DNA of 63,984 nucleotides, the filler included, from Stramenopiles sp. TOSAG23-2 (Eukaryota), in the NCBI GenBank assembly GCA_900128395.1. It is 5 parts of 5 records of this genome, joined end to end, with 100 filler letters (N's around TTAATTAATTAA, not from the genome) between each part and the next. Parts side by side here need not be neighbours in the genome. Positions count along the whole stretch, not along the records: positions 26,037 to 38,942 come from LT649829.1; positions 39,043 to 51,896 come from LT649831.1; 3 more parts are not named here. One strand, 5' to 3'. How positions within the stretch are numbered: the first letter of the stretch is position 1; every line of letters starts with the position of its first letter. The position numbers and the translations under genes were made by a program. This document shows positions 34,889-45,068 of the stretch, one piece after another. The notes below the pieces were generated by a model. That model was not told the DNA's origin, searched no databases, and saw only the letters and a program-made list of their open reading frames with translations.

Positions 34889-37243
34889 ATGGGGAATAGT
34901 AGTATTAATTTAATGCCATCTTGCCATGGTTCAACAATTATAATAGTTATATTTGTATTTCAAATATTTTTTTATGGTGTAATATCAGATAATAATGATA
35001 TTGATAAAATGAAACCAGTTGAAGATTTAGTGCAACGAATTATTCCGCAGTATGCTGATCAATTTTCGTATATATTGAACAGCAATGAACTTGGAAATAA
35101 TGCTGCTTCATTTTGTATACTTTCAGGTAACAATGGTAGTACTATTCAAATCCAAGGATCAGATGTAATTTCTATTGTCTCTGGTATAAATTTTTATTTG
35201 AATTTTATAAATGCTTCAATATCATGGGATGCCACTGGTGGAAATAATTTAGAAGATGCTCTACCACCTCCGAATGTACCGCTGCCAAAATTGGACCAAA
35301 AAATGTGCCGCGAAACTACTTTTGAACATCGATACTACTTTAATGTGTGTACATATGGTTACAGTATGGTGTTTTGGGATTGGATGCGATGGGAAAAAGA
35401 ACTTGATTGGATGGCACTGCACTCAATAAATACTCCATTAGCAAGTCTTGGAACGGAATATATATGGGTAAAAGTATTCCAAAATGACTTTGGTATTTCA
35501 ATGGAAGAACTTTCAGACTTTTTCCCTGGCCCTGCATATTTACCGTGGCACTGGATGGGCAATTTAGATGGTTGGAACGGGCCTTTACCATCCAGTTGGA
35601 TTGAACGCGGTCGCATGTTGCAACATAAGTTTTTGTCTCGTGCACGATCACTTGGGATGTTGCCAGTCTTACCAGCATTTGCTGGGTTTGTACCAAGTAT
35701 TCTGAAAAAGAAATTTCCAAATGCAACTATTCATGATGCATCAGGGTGGGGTGGCTTTAACCCTACAAGTTATTTAGATCCAACTGATCCTTTGTTTCAA
35801 CAAATTGGCGCTGCGTTTGTACGAAGAGTATGTGAAGAATATGGATGTGACGAGGAGCAATGGTTTAGTGCCGATCCATACAATGAGCTTACGCCACCAT
35901 CAACAGATCCTGGTTATATTAAGAATGCATCCTCTGCCATTTATTCAGCTATTGCAGAGGGTATAGGTGAAAACAAAAAGGCAATATGGTTGGCCCAGGC
36001 TTGGATGTGGGAAAGTCGGCCACAAATTTGGGGAAATGTACAAATTGAAGCATTTTTAAATGGCCCGCCTCTAGGTAATCTTGTAATGTTAGATCTATAC
36101 GCCGAGGTAAAACCAATTTATGTTAAAACAAAAGGGTTTTTCAATCATCCATGGATCTTTTCAACAATCTTTAATTTTGGTGGTAGGTCTGGGCTGTATG
36201 GACGTCTAGATACACCAGGCGGAGTTGCTGTGACAGATGCAGTGGAAAAAGCATTATTAGAAAATAAGACGCACAAAGTTTCAATACACGGTTTAAAAGG
36301 CTTAGGAGCCGCCCCAGAAGCCATAGAAACGGATCCAATTATGTATGATATATTATTTGCAAGTGTTTGGGGTCCGATAAAAAATAAAGATGAGTTTGTC
36401 AAAAAGTGGGCAATCCGTCGTTACAAAAGTTTTCAAGTACCTATTCCAAACAATGCTCTTCAGGCATGGGCTCTTTTAAAAACCGGTCCATATGCATGTC
36501 AAACAGACCAACAAGGTCCATCCGGTTCATTGATTGCATCACGGCCGGATATAAACATTCCGAAGGTATCTTGCTGTGCACCAACAACAGTATATTACAA
36601 TTCATCCATTTTAGTCGAAGCTTGGCGGCAACTTTTGATTGCTGGGAAAAAAAGCAAGGCATTAGCAAAAAAAAATACTTATTTACATGATGTAGCAGAT
36701 GTTGGTGTTCAAGTGTTATCAAACCTAGCTGTTACTGTCCATTCCAATGTCAATATAGCAATTAAAAATAAAAATCAAACTGGTCAATTTAAAATAACAA
36801 CCCAACGATTTCTGAATATAATAAATGATACAGAAATCCTTACTTCTACTCAAAAAGGCCGAATAATTGGAGAGTGGATTTTAAATGCAAGAAATTGTGC
36901 TGAGGATGGAGATGAAAAAAATGCAGAATTGTATGAGCTAAATGCACGAACACTTGTAACATTATGGGGGGATAAAACATCTCATCTTCATGAATACAGT
37001 TATCGTTTATGGGGTGGCCTGGTATCTTCATTTTATTACCCTCGATGGAAAAAATGGTTTGATGAAGTTGGTAAAGCAATTGATCAGAAACAAATCTTTA
37101 ACCAGACAAAATTTGTTGAAGACATTGAAACATTTGAAGAGGCATGGACACATTCTACAAATGTATTCCCTTCTAAACCATCAACAGATGATGCATTTAC
37201 CGCTTCATTAAAAATATTCGAAAAGTATTACAACAAATTGTAA
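34889..37243 (+). CDS. NAGLU: Alpha-N-acetylglucosaminidase (GH89)
   Basis: RYYFNVCTYGYS..FWDW.RWEKELDWMAL, GPAYLPW.WMGN, LPAFAGFVP, DPYNE, NFGG and LHEYS...WGGLV..FY.PRW. N-terminal signal peptide. Confidence 0.95.
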   Translation: MGNSSINLMPSCHGSTIIIVIFVFQIFFYGVISDNNDIDKMKPVEDLVQRIIPQYADQFSYILNSNELGNNAASFCILSGNNGSTIQIQGSDVISIVSGINFYLNFINASISWDATGGNNLEDALPPPNVPLPKLDQKMCRETTFEHRYYFNVCTYGYSMVFWDWMRWEKELDWMALHSINTPLASLGTEYIWVKVFQNDFGISMEELSDFFPGPAYLPWHWMGNLDGWNGPLPSSWIERGRMLQHKFLSRARSLGMLPVLPAFAGFVPSILKKKFPNATIHDASGWGGFNPTSYLDPTDPLFQQIGAAFVRRVCEEYGCDEEQWFSADPYNELTPPSTDPGYIKNASSAIYSAIAEGIGENKKAIWLAQAWMWESRPQIWGNVQIEAFLNGPPLGNLVMLDLYAEVKPIYVKTKGFFNHPWIFSTIFNFGGRSGLYGRLDTPGGVAVTDAVEKALLENKTHKVSIHGLKGLGAAPEAIETDPIMYDILFASVWGPIKNKDEFVKKWAIRRYKSFQVPIPNNALQAWALLKTGPYACQTDQQGPSGSLIASRPDINIPKVSCCAPTTVYYNSSILVEAWRQLLIAGKKSKALAKKNTYLHDVADVGVQVLSNLAVTVHSNVNIAIKNKNQTGQFKITTQRFLNIINDTEILTSTQKGRIIGEWILNARNCAEDGDEKNAELYELNARTLVTLWGDKTSHLHEYSYRLWGGLVSSFYYPRWKKWFDEVGKAIDQKQIFNQTKFVEDIETFEEAWTHSTNVFPSKPSTDDAFTASLKIFEKYYNKL

Positions 37244-37984
37244 AAAAATAGATTATTTTAACACAATATAAAATAATTCATTTACTATAAGCTTGTATAG
37301 AATAGTTTTTTATAATAAGAGTTTTTTCTCACTTAAAACACACCCATGAGTGCATGACATGCATTCCAAAATTCATTACAAATATGTAGATCTATAATAA
37401 TAATATTTAAAAAATTAACATGGACACACCATTGTAAAGAGAGTATTACTTAAAAAACACCCATGAGTGCATGACATGCATTCCAAAATTCATTACAAAT
37501 ATTATTAATAATATGTAGATCTATAATAATAATATTAATATTTTTTGACGAACAACCAACACAAATCATTTAAAAAATTAACATGGACACACCATTGTAA
37601 AGAGAGTATTTTTTTAAAAAAAATAAAAAAATAATAATGAATAAATCGAACCCGGCTAGTTATAAATATATAGTATATATATATATACATATATACATTT
37701 TTATATCAAACGATTGTTATTCTCGTATCAAGATAATTTAATATAACTATATATATATATGTTAACATTATTTACTGTTCTATATATACATTTTTATATC
37801 AAACGATTGTTATTCTCGTATCAAGATAATTTAATATAACTATATATATATATGTTAACATTATTTACTGTTCTATTTTGATTATTACAATTGTTTGAAA
37901 CGGAGTTTTTACTTACGTGTTATTCGGTTGTTTTTATTATTTATTTTTTTTCATTTTATTTCATCACTTTTAATAAAAGAAATT

Positions 37985-38596
37985 ATGGTTAGGTTTCGTT
38001 TAAAAAATCAAGCAAAAAATTTAGTGGCACGAACACGAACTGCTGCAAGGCATAATATTGTACAAACACCAGCGTGGTTACGTGCAGCAAGTATAACACC
38101 ACCACCACCATTACCACCAGCAAAGAAAGTAAAACGATTCAATTTCCCATATCAACATTTAGCAGATGATTTTGCAAGGAAAAATCCAGCATATAGAAAT
38201 GATGCTGATCGAGTTGCAAGGGACCAATTTGCTTTAATGAGTATGAATCCAAATATGAAAAAAGAAGACGCTTTAAGAGCAGTATTAAGTAAAACAAAAA
38301 TTAGAAATGGTAGGATGATATTCAATTCATTTAATCGTAAGGAATGGTTGTCAGTTGGCGATTCACAAAAATTGCATAGGATGCGAAAAGCATCAGAGAG
38401 ATTATATCCATTTAATGTACAACAGAAACCAGGTGATCCAATAGTTGACGAAAGTTTAAGATCAGGCGTTATTACAAAATTACGTGAATTAAATGTACGT
38501 CAAGAGAAGAAAATGAGAAAGTTGGCTAGTGAAACTATAGAATCAGCAAAAGTTGATGGTAGGATTAAAGAAGATAAATCTATGACATGGGATTAA
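37985..38596 (+). CDS. Basic protein, possibly mitochondrial ribosomal protein mS23/Rsm25-like
   Basis: P.W......PP...F.FP...L...F...NP resembles the mS23 N-terminal motif. Start taken at MVRFRL. Confidence 0.45.
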   Translation: MVRFRLKNQAKNLVARTRTAARHNIVQTPAWLRAASITPPPPLPPAKKVKRFNFPYQHLADDFARKNPAYRNDADRVARDQFALMSMNPNMKKEDALRAVLSKTKIRNGRMIFNSFNRKEWLSVGDSQKLHRMRKASERLYPFNVQQKPGDPIVDESLRSGVITKLRELNVRQEKKMRKLASETIESAKVDGRIKEDKSMTWD

Positions 38597-38942
38597 TAAT
38601 TTTAATATATATATATATACGAACTCGTGTGGATTGAAATTTTTGTCGCAGCAAAAGTTGATGGTAGGATTAAAGAAGATAAATCTATGACATGGGATTA
38701 ATAATTTTAATATATATATATATACGAACTCGTGTGGATTGAAATTTTTGTCGCATCTCTCTCTCTCTCTCTCTCTTCGTACTATGATTATCGATCATAT
38801 TATATATATGTGTTTTTCTCTTACTCATATGTTATATAAAATTCTTTTACTCCCGTTTATTAACATCTCAAATCAAAAATGATTTATAAATTTTAGTAAA
38901 AATTATTTAGTATTCAAAAGATGTTTCCTCTGTCTGTGATTC

Positions 38943-39042
38943 NNNNNNNNNNNNNNNNNNNNNNNNNNNNNNNNNNNNNNNNNNNNTTAATTAATTAANN
39001 NNNNNNNNNNNNNNNNNNNNNNNNNNNNNNNNNNNNNNNNNN
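38943..39042. other. Artificial contig linker
   Basis: N44-TTAATTAATTAA-N44. Confidence 0.98.
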
Positions 39043-39826
39043 CTGTAGTAAATGCCATGATTTGTTTTAAATTTGGTCCATTATCTTTTTCCATCCACTG
39101 CTTATGTTTTGACCACCATGGTATTACATCTTGTGGCTTACTGTTTAAACTGAAATTTCCTAAATTGTATTTATTATTTATATTTTCAAGTACACGATAT
39201 ATTGCATATGCTGTAATACTTTTTGTACATGAATGAATGGTCAAACGTGTATTCAGATCAATCCAAGGTGCAGATTGCAAATTTAAAAAAATTCCATCCT
39301 TATTTCCCAAGACTAAGAGACCATGTCGTGCATTTGTATTTTGAAGTTCTTGTTTTATACTATCAAAATTTTTCGTTTTTACAGCTTCAGGCACTTTATC
39401 TTGTATTGCCAAGCGTATTGTATTTGCATATTGCGGACCCATAAAAAATAAACCAGCAAATATATTCCCATCAACAACAACTACCCACTGTATAAAAACA
39501 CTAAATGGGACAAGAAGACATAGCAAACAACATGCCAATTTAAAAAATTTAGTTTGTTTTGTACTATGATTTACATTAGGTTGCATTGCTACTTCTGCTA
39601 GTGGTGTTGGTGAAACACGATTATTTATTGAATTGTTGATATTATTATTACTATTACTCACAATTATTTGTTGTTGCACTGGAAGTGGTACATTCACTAC
39701 ATCTCCAGCTTTTACTCCATTCGGTATGGTAATTGTAACCATAGTCATTTGTATACCATTATTTAATGGTATTTGTAAATTATCACCAGCTTTTGCATTC
39801 TGTGGAATTTTCACTTGCATATTCAT
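39043..39826 (-). CDS. Membrane-anchored serine hydrolase (beta-lactamase/PBP-like fold), 3'-truncated
   Basis: SxxK motif in IHSCTKSITA, followed by LKQIMAFT. N-terminal paired V.IP....AGD motifs and one TM segment. Confidence 0.65.
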
Positions 39827-40183
39827 AATAAGATTAAATGTTTATATATATATATATTTGCTTGCCTGGCTTGCTAATAATTAGATGATTATATTCAAGA
39901 TTAAATTTCACACAATAAAAAAATATATAAAATATACGAAAACGTAGCGTGTACAAATAATGTTTTTATATATATATATATATACTCTGAATATCTATCT
40001 ATCTCTAAATACTATATATCTATCTTCCGAATGTACATGTTTGTTTCTATATATATATATATATATATATATATGCCTCGAATGATTAGTATATTCAAGA
40101 TATTATATGAATAAATACAATTTATTCTATACATATATTTATGCACAGTTAAAGTTGAATATGGGTAGTACGGAGATTATATT

Positions 40184-40418
40184 ATTTCAAAATGACGCTT
40201 AATTTAAGTACTTAAATTACTATACTAATTTATGCATATTTGATAGAGAGGTAATGGATATTACAAATAATCCCCAAATAGCCAATAGTTATTTTGATGA
40301 ATAAACTAAGAATATCCGATTTTTTGGTAATATCCAACACCTCTATCAAATTAAAATATATTATACATAAATTAGTATACTACTAAATTAGTGCTTAAAT
40401 TAAACGTCATTTTGAAAT
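40184..40418. repeat. Long imperfect inverted repeat (foldback, MITE-like)
   Basis: Four blocks pair in nested order: ATTTCAAAATGACG/CGTCATTTTGAAAT, TATACTAATTTATG/CATAAATTAGTATA, ATTTGATAGAG/CTCTATCAAAT and GGATATTAC/GTAATATCC. Confidence 0.85.
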
Positions 40419-40504
40419 CCACTAATAATCCTTCTCATTTACAAGGTATCCCAAGGCACCAAGGTACTGTATATGCATTTATCATACGAATTCGTACGAA
40501 CATT

Positions 40505-41449
40505 TTATGACAATGGTTGGCTTTCATCTCGATCAATATTAACAGCAACAATTTCAAGTGGAGCATTTACTGTCTTATCAAAATACATATTACGACCGGC
40601 TTCCAACATAGCTTTATAATCTATAAACGCAACTTGTCCAACACTTGAATATTCAATAGCTCGACCTTTTTCATTTAATCCATATTGCTCATGAAATGGT
40701 CGTTGGCTAAGTTTGTAACAATTAGCACAATATGCAAAATCAACCAATTCGCACATATAAAAGTTTTTTTGTAATTTTGTTAAACAACCGTCACACCAAA
40801 ATCCATTTTTATATTTTGTATTTTGAATATCATCTTTTTTTACCATATCATACCTATGCTTTTCAACAGATTTGCCATATCCTTTTGGCATTCGAGCAAA
40901 GTTTCGAATGACTGGATGAATTCGGGTACCAGTAGGACTGCAGCATATTACAATCGGAAATCGATTTGATTCTTTTGTCATTTGAGAAATAAAACCAGGC
41001 AATGTGGTACAATATTCTTTGAAAAAATATGACAATTCATCAGCAACAAAATTATGATTGTCTTGCTTTTTTTCTGGACCCCATACCATCAAAAACATTC
41101 TATCATGTGATTTAGCTTTTTCGCTGCATAAATCAGTAAAAGTACATTTAGAAATGATGAATAGTGCCCCTTTACCATATGTTTCATATGAAATTGCAGC
41201 AAAAGTATTAATTTGTGAAATATATTTTATAAGAAACCGTTGCATATCTTTATTTATTTTTTCTTTTGTTTTAATGGACATATCACCAATTTTATCTGTA
41301 ATATCAGCATGAACGACGGCTGTTTTCATATTTTCTTCTCTTTCTTCTTCAGTTACTAAACCAGCATTTTGTGATGGATTTTGCAATACTTCTAATACCT
41401 TTGTATTTACTTTTTCTACATTATCTTCTGTATCAACTATCGCAGACAT
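40505..41449 (-). CDS. Hypothetical protein with a ZZ-type zinc-finger-like motif
   Basis: WCDGC...FYMC...DFAYCANCY in a 314-aa ORF. Confidence 0.65.
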   Translation of the reverse strand: MSAIVDTEDNVEKVNTKVLEVLQNPSQNAGLVTEEEREENMKTAVVHADITDKIGDMSIKTKEKINKDMQRFLIKYISQINTFAAISYETYGKGALFIISKCTFTDLCSEKAKSHDRMFLMVWGPEKKQDNHNFVADELSYFFKEYCTTLPGFISQMTKESNRFPIVICCSPTGTRIHPVIRNFARMPKGYGKSVEKHRYDMVKKDDIQNTKYKNGFWCDGCLTKLQKNFYMCELVDFAYCANCYKLSQRPFHEQYGLNEKGRAIEYSSVGQVAFIDYKAMLEAGRNMYFDKTVNAPLEIVAVNIDRDESQPLS

Positions 41450-41849
41450 TATTGGATGAGAAATATTATTATTAATTATTATTGATTTAATATATAAATA
41501 AATTAAGTTAAAAAATTATTATTTAAATGGTATAATATCTATTGTATCGATGGTATTAATCTTTTTTATGTATATAAATAAATTAAGTTAAAAAAATTAT
41601 TATTTAAATGGTATATTATCTATTAATATATTGATGATACTATTATCATTATTATTATTTATGTATATGATTTACTTTTACTCTCTGTGTTGATGATATC
41701 ATTCTTTTTTTATTTATATATATATTATTATTATATATATTAGTACTATCTATTCATCCAGTCGTCTTCTTACGTAATAGCCAGATAGCAACCTTACAAG
41801 TATAGTCGTCTTATAGTGTCTGGCGGCAGACGACCAACAGTAGGTTAAT

Positions 41850-42232
41850 TCTGGCGTGATGCTATATTTGCCTGTATTTAAAAAAATAAAAAAATCGATT
41901 TTTTATTTTGTTAGATTTGTATTACCAAGAGTTGGCACGGCTATAGTCATGCTATTTGCCAACAAAATCGATTTTTTATTTATTATATGATTTCCAGATT
42001 GATTACCAAGATTTGGCACGGCTATTATAGTCATGCTATTTGCCATTTATTATATGATTTCCAGATTGATTATTAATTGAATTAATACCAAGATTTGGCA
42101 CGGCTATAGTGATGCTATTTATATTTGCCAACAAAATCGATTTTTTATTTATTATATGATTTCCAGATTGATACCAAGATTTGGCACGGCTATAGTCATG
42201 CTATTTGCCAACAAAATCGATTTTTTATTTAT
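41850..42232. repeat. Minisatellite, about 81-86 bp unit, 4 copies plus a degenerate one
   Basis: TACCAAGA.TTGGCACGGCTATAGTCATGCTATTTGCC recurs at 41923, 42004, 42086 and 42172. Confidence 0.9.
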
Positions 42233-42612
42233 ACTTCTTACAGTACGAACAACACTTCAATTTACCTTAATTTATGCAGTCAAAAAGTCAAAATCGAGGA
42301 GCTATAAAAATGCCGTCTAAAAAGTGGAGGGCGTCGTGCACTCGTCGATATAAATCATTTTATCGAAATATATTTCACGGGTATTAGCATGTGAATACCA
42401 TGTGATCCACTTTGAGGATAAAATATATTATCTTAGATGTAAAATAGAAACAAACACACATTGATGTATCAAAAGTGGAAACTCCATTCGTGAAAAGAAA
42501 AAACACTATTCTTAACAAATTATAACAATTCATATTAACTTGTAGATATACATATTTATATATACATAATTGTTAATAACTATATATAGATATAATATAA
42601 AAAAAAATAAAT

Positions 42613-44634
42613 ATGAAATTGTTTTTGATTCAAATTATCAACATCCTTATCGGAATAACGATGTGTATAATAGGTTTTGCTATGGCTAAAAATTTAAAAA
42701 CTTTTTCTGCCACTGCTAAACAAAAACTATTAGTCCATCAAAGTCCATCATCATCAACAATATATCATGACAAAGATGATGAAAGAATACATCAAGAATT
42801 GTCAATTTTAATTGAAAAGTCTGCTTCTACTGCAGAAGCGGCTGAAGCTTTACATAATCATGGAAGTATAAATTTTTTGTCTACTAGTTTACGAAAACAT
42901 GCTGGTTTATCTTTAGACCAAGTATTAATTGACTTACACCATAAAAATAAACAACGCGTGTATAAAACGAAAAGTATAGGTAAATGTGAACCTACAAGTT
43001 GGTTGCATTACACGTCATGTATGGGTAACAATGGAAATTGTCGTTCTTCAAAACATCACCCGTGCAAAGGCTTATGTCGTTGCAATACAGTTGGTATGGA
43101 TGAATGTGAGTGTGTAAAAAGTTTGAAAGAACCTATGGTAGAAGATGATACAAATGCTTTTGTTAAAACTATACACCGTGCATCAAAGGATATGATTGAA
43201 ACGGGCAAAGCATTAATTGAGGATGTCAACGATGCAGTTGATTTTACTAAAGAAGCAGTTGGTGCATTGGTTGATAAATCCATTAAAATTATTAAGGATA
43301 GCGTGAAAAAGAAAGTAAAACTTGCAATGAATAAAATAAGCACAACTAGAGAGGATGTTGATAAACAACGGGCGAAAGTGAAAGCAATACGTTTATCTTA
43401 CAATAATACGAAACATCATAGAAGGGAACAGACAAGATTGTTTAAAGAATTGACACATGAAATTGGCGTCTTAAACGGAATGGAACAAATTTTAGCAATG
43501 AAAAATATTTTAAAACTGGTAAAAGAATTTTTTATTGGTGCTAAAAATTTATTATTACCAGATTTATTTGTCTTAGGTGCAAGTTATACAAGTTCAGCTG
43601 CACATGCAGCTGGTGTGGAACAAATTGTTGATTTTCGTACTCGTGAAATGAAGGCATTTACATTTGGCGGTTATTCCGTCGGTACAAACCAACTTCGTCT
43701 TCAATTAAGTGGTTCTGCATATATAGGTGTTGGATGGCAACATTCGTTTTGGTGCAAACATTTAAATGAAAAATATAGTGGATTATTTAGAACGTTAGAT
43801 ACTTCTGTCTCCATACCAGGCATTACTAGTTTACCAGGTTTTGCATCTATTTCTGTTGGTGGAGTGCTGGGAATTAGTGCTGGTGGTTTAGGTGTTTTAA
43901 GTAAATGTTGTCCATTGAAAGATTATGTGAAAACATTATCATTTAGTGTAAGTGCCAGTGTTGGCTGGGGTTTACCAATTTCTGGAAATGTAGGTTGCAC
44001 AGATTACCACAGCGTGAAAGATCACAAAGGGTTCAATTCTTGTAGCCCAAATTTACATTCATTTTTGAAACAATTATTTTTAAAATCACCAGCTTTGGTT
44101 TTATCTCCGATTAATGCATTGATAACGTTAGGATTAGCATTTGCAAATGACCATCGTGCCGTGGCTGAAGATAATTTTTGCCATGGACCAAGTCTACATG
44201 TATGTCCGTGTAATGGATTGCCAGAAATCATTGATGGTTGCGGTGATCGTCCAGAAAATAGTCGCTGCGATGCTTTAGGTAACATGCGTCTTTTTAAGCA
44301 ATCTAATTATGGAAAACATTCAAAGAAATGGACAAAAGAGACACTAGATATTGTGAAAGAATATGGTTTAACTAGTAAAGAATTTTTCCACAAAATATTT
44401 GGTCATAAAGAAGAAAGCATTTGTGAACGCAAGCCAGAGTTGGTAAAAGGAAACATTAACAAAGATGTGAAATATATGCGTGTCATGTTAAAAATGCCCA
44501 AAGGATTGACGAAATTAGCATACTATGATGAAGAGGTAGAAAAAGCAGTGAAACAATATAGGATCGAACATAAGTTATCTCATTTTAAGCATTTGGATAA
44601 GACATTTTGGGATAAACTGTGTGCGGAATATTAG
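42613..44634 (+). CDS. Secreted Cys-rich protein with a C-terminal peptidoglycan-binding-like domain
   Basis: Signal peptide, Cys cluster, helical segment and a Gly/Ser-rich beta region. The C-terminus LVKGN..KDV..MRVML...YDEEVEKAVKQY...HKL....LDKTFWDKL resembles PG_binding_1. Confidence 0.7.
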   Translation: MKLFLIQIINILIGITMCIIGFAMAKNLKTFSATAKQKLLVHQSPSSSTIYHDKDDERIHQELSILIEKSASTAEAAEALHNHGSINFLSTSLRKHAGLSLDQVLIDLHHKNKQRVYKTKSIGKCEPTSWLHYTSCMGNNGNCRSSKHHPCKGLCRCNTVGMDECECVKSLKEPMVEDDTNAFVKTIHRASKDMIETGKALIEDVNDAVDFTKEAVGALVDKSIKIIKDSVKKKVKLAMNKISTTREDVDKQRAKVKAIRLSYNNTKHHRREQTRLFKELTHEIGVLNGMEQILAMKNILKLVKEFFIGAKNLLLPDLFVLGASYTSSAAHAAGVEQIVDFRTREMKAFTFGGYSVGTNQLRLQLSGSAYIGVGWQHSFWCKHLNEKYSGLFRTLDTSVSIPGITSLPGFASISVGGVLGISAGGLGVLSKCCPLKDYVKTLSFSVSASVGWGLPISGNVGCTDYHSVKDHKGFNSCSPNLHSFLKQLFLKSPALVLSPINALITLGLAFANDHRAVAEDNFCHGPSLHVCPCNGLPEIIDGCGDRPENSRCDALGNMRLFKQSNYGKHSKKWTKETLDIVKEYGLTSKEFFHKIFGHKEESICERKPELVKGNINKDVKYMRVMLKMPKGLTKLAYYDEEVEKAVKQYRIEHKLSHFKHLDKTFWDKLCAEY

Positions 44635-45068
44635 AAAAAGGAAAGAAGAAGAAGGAGGAAAGATATATATGTATATATATATATTGAAGAGAGAATACGA
44701 AAAGGGCTTTGTGTGTGTGTACACGTATCATATAAATTTTTGTGTTAAAATATATTTTTATATTAAAATAAAAAATAAAATTGAAAAATGAAAATTTATA
44801 TTTTTTATTTTATCTCTCTCAAGAAGTCATATTCAATGTAAACGCAGTATGAAACAATATTGAATCGTAAACATCGACGAAGTCCAAAATTCATTCTGTG
44901 CCCTCACTTTGTACTAATTGAAAATGTAATACACTAGTGTATAATATAATATATATATGGTACGAACGTATATGATGCATAAAATTTAATTTTACTCCAC
45001 ATCTCCTCCCTCAACTCTCGGCCTATACTAGTAACATATACTTCGTATCATATTCTCCCACATCTCTC

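Noticed and set aside
14547-37243. Lysosomal cluster (GNPTG-like plus NAGLU), and inclusion of the acyl-CoA dehydrogenase in the peroxisomal cluster
   Set aside because: These genes are on different contigs, so the proximity is artificial.
37232-37243. NAGLU C-terminal -NKL as a PTS1
   Set aside because: The protein has a signal peptide and belongs to a lysosomal family, and NKL is non-canonical.
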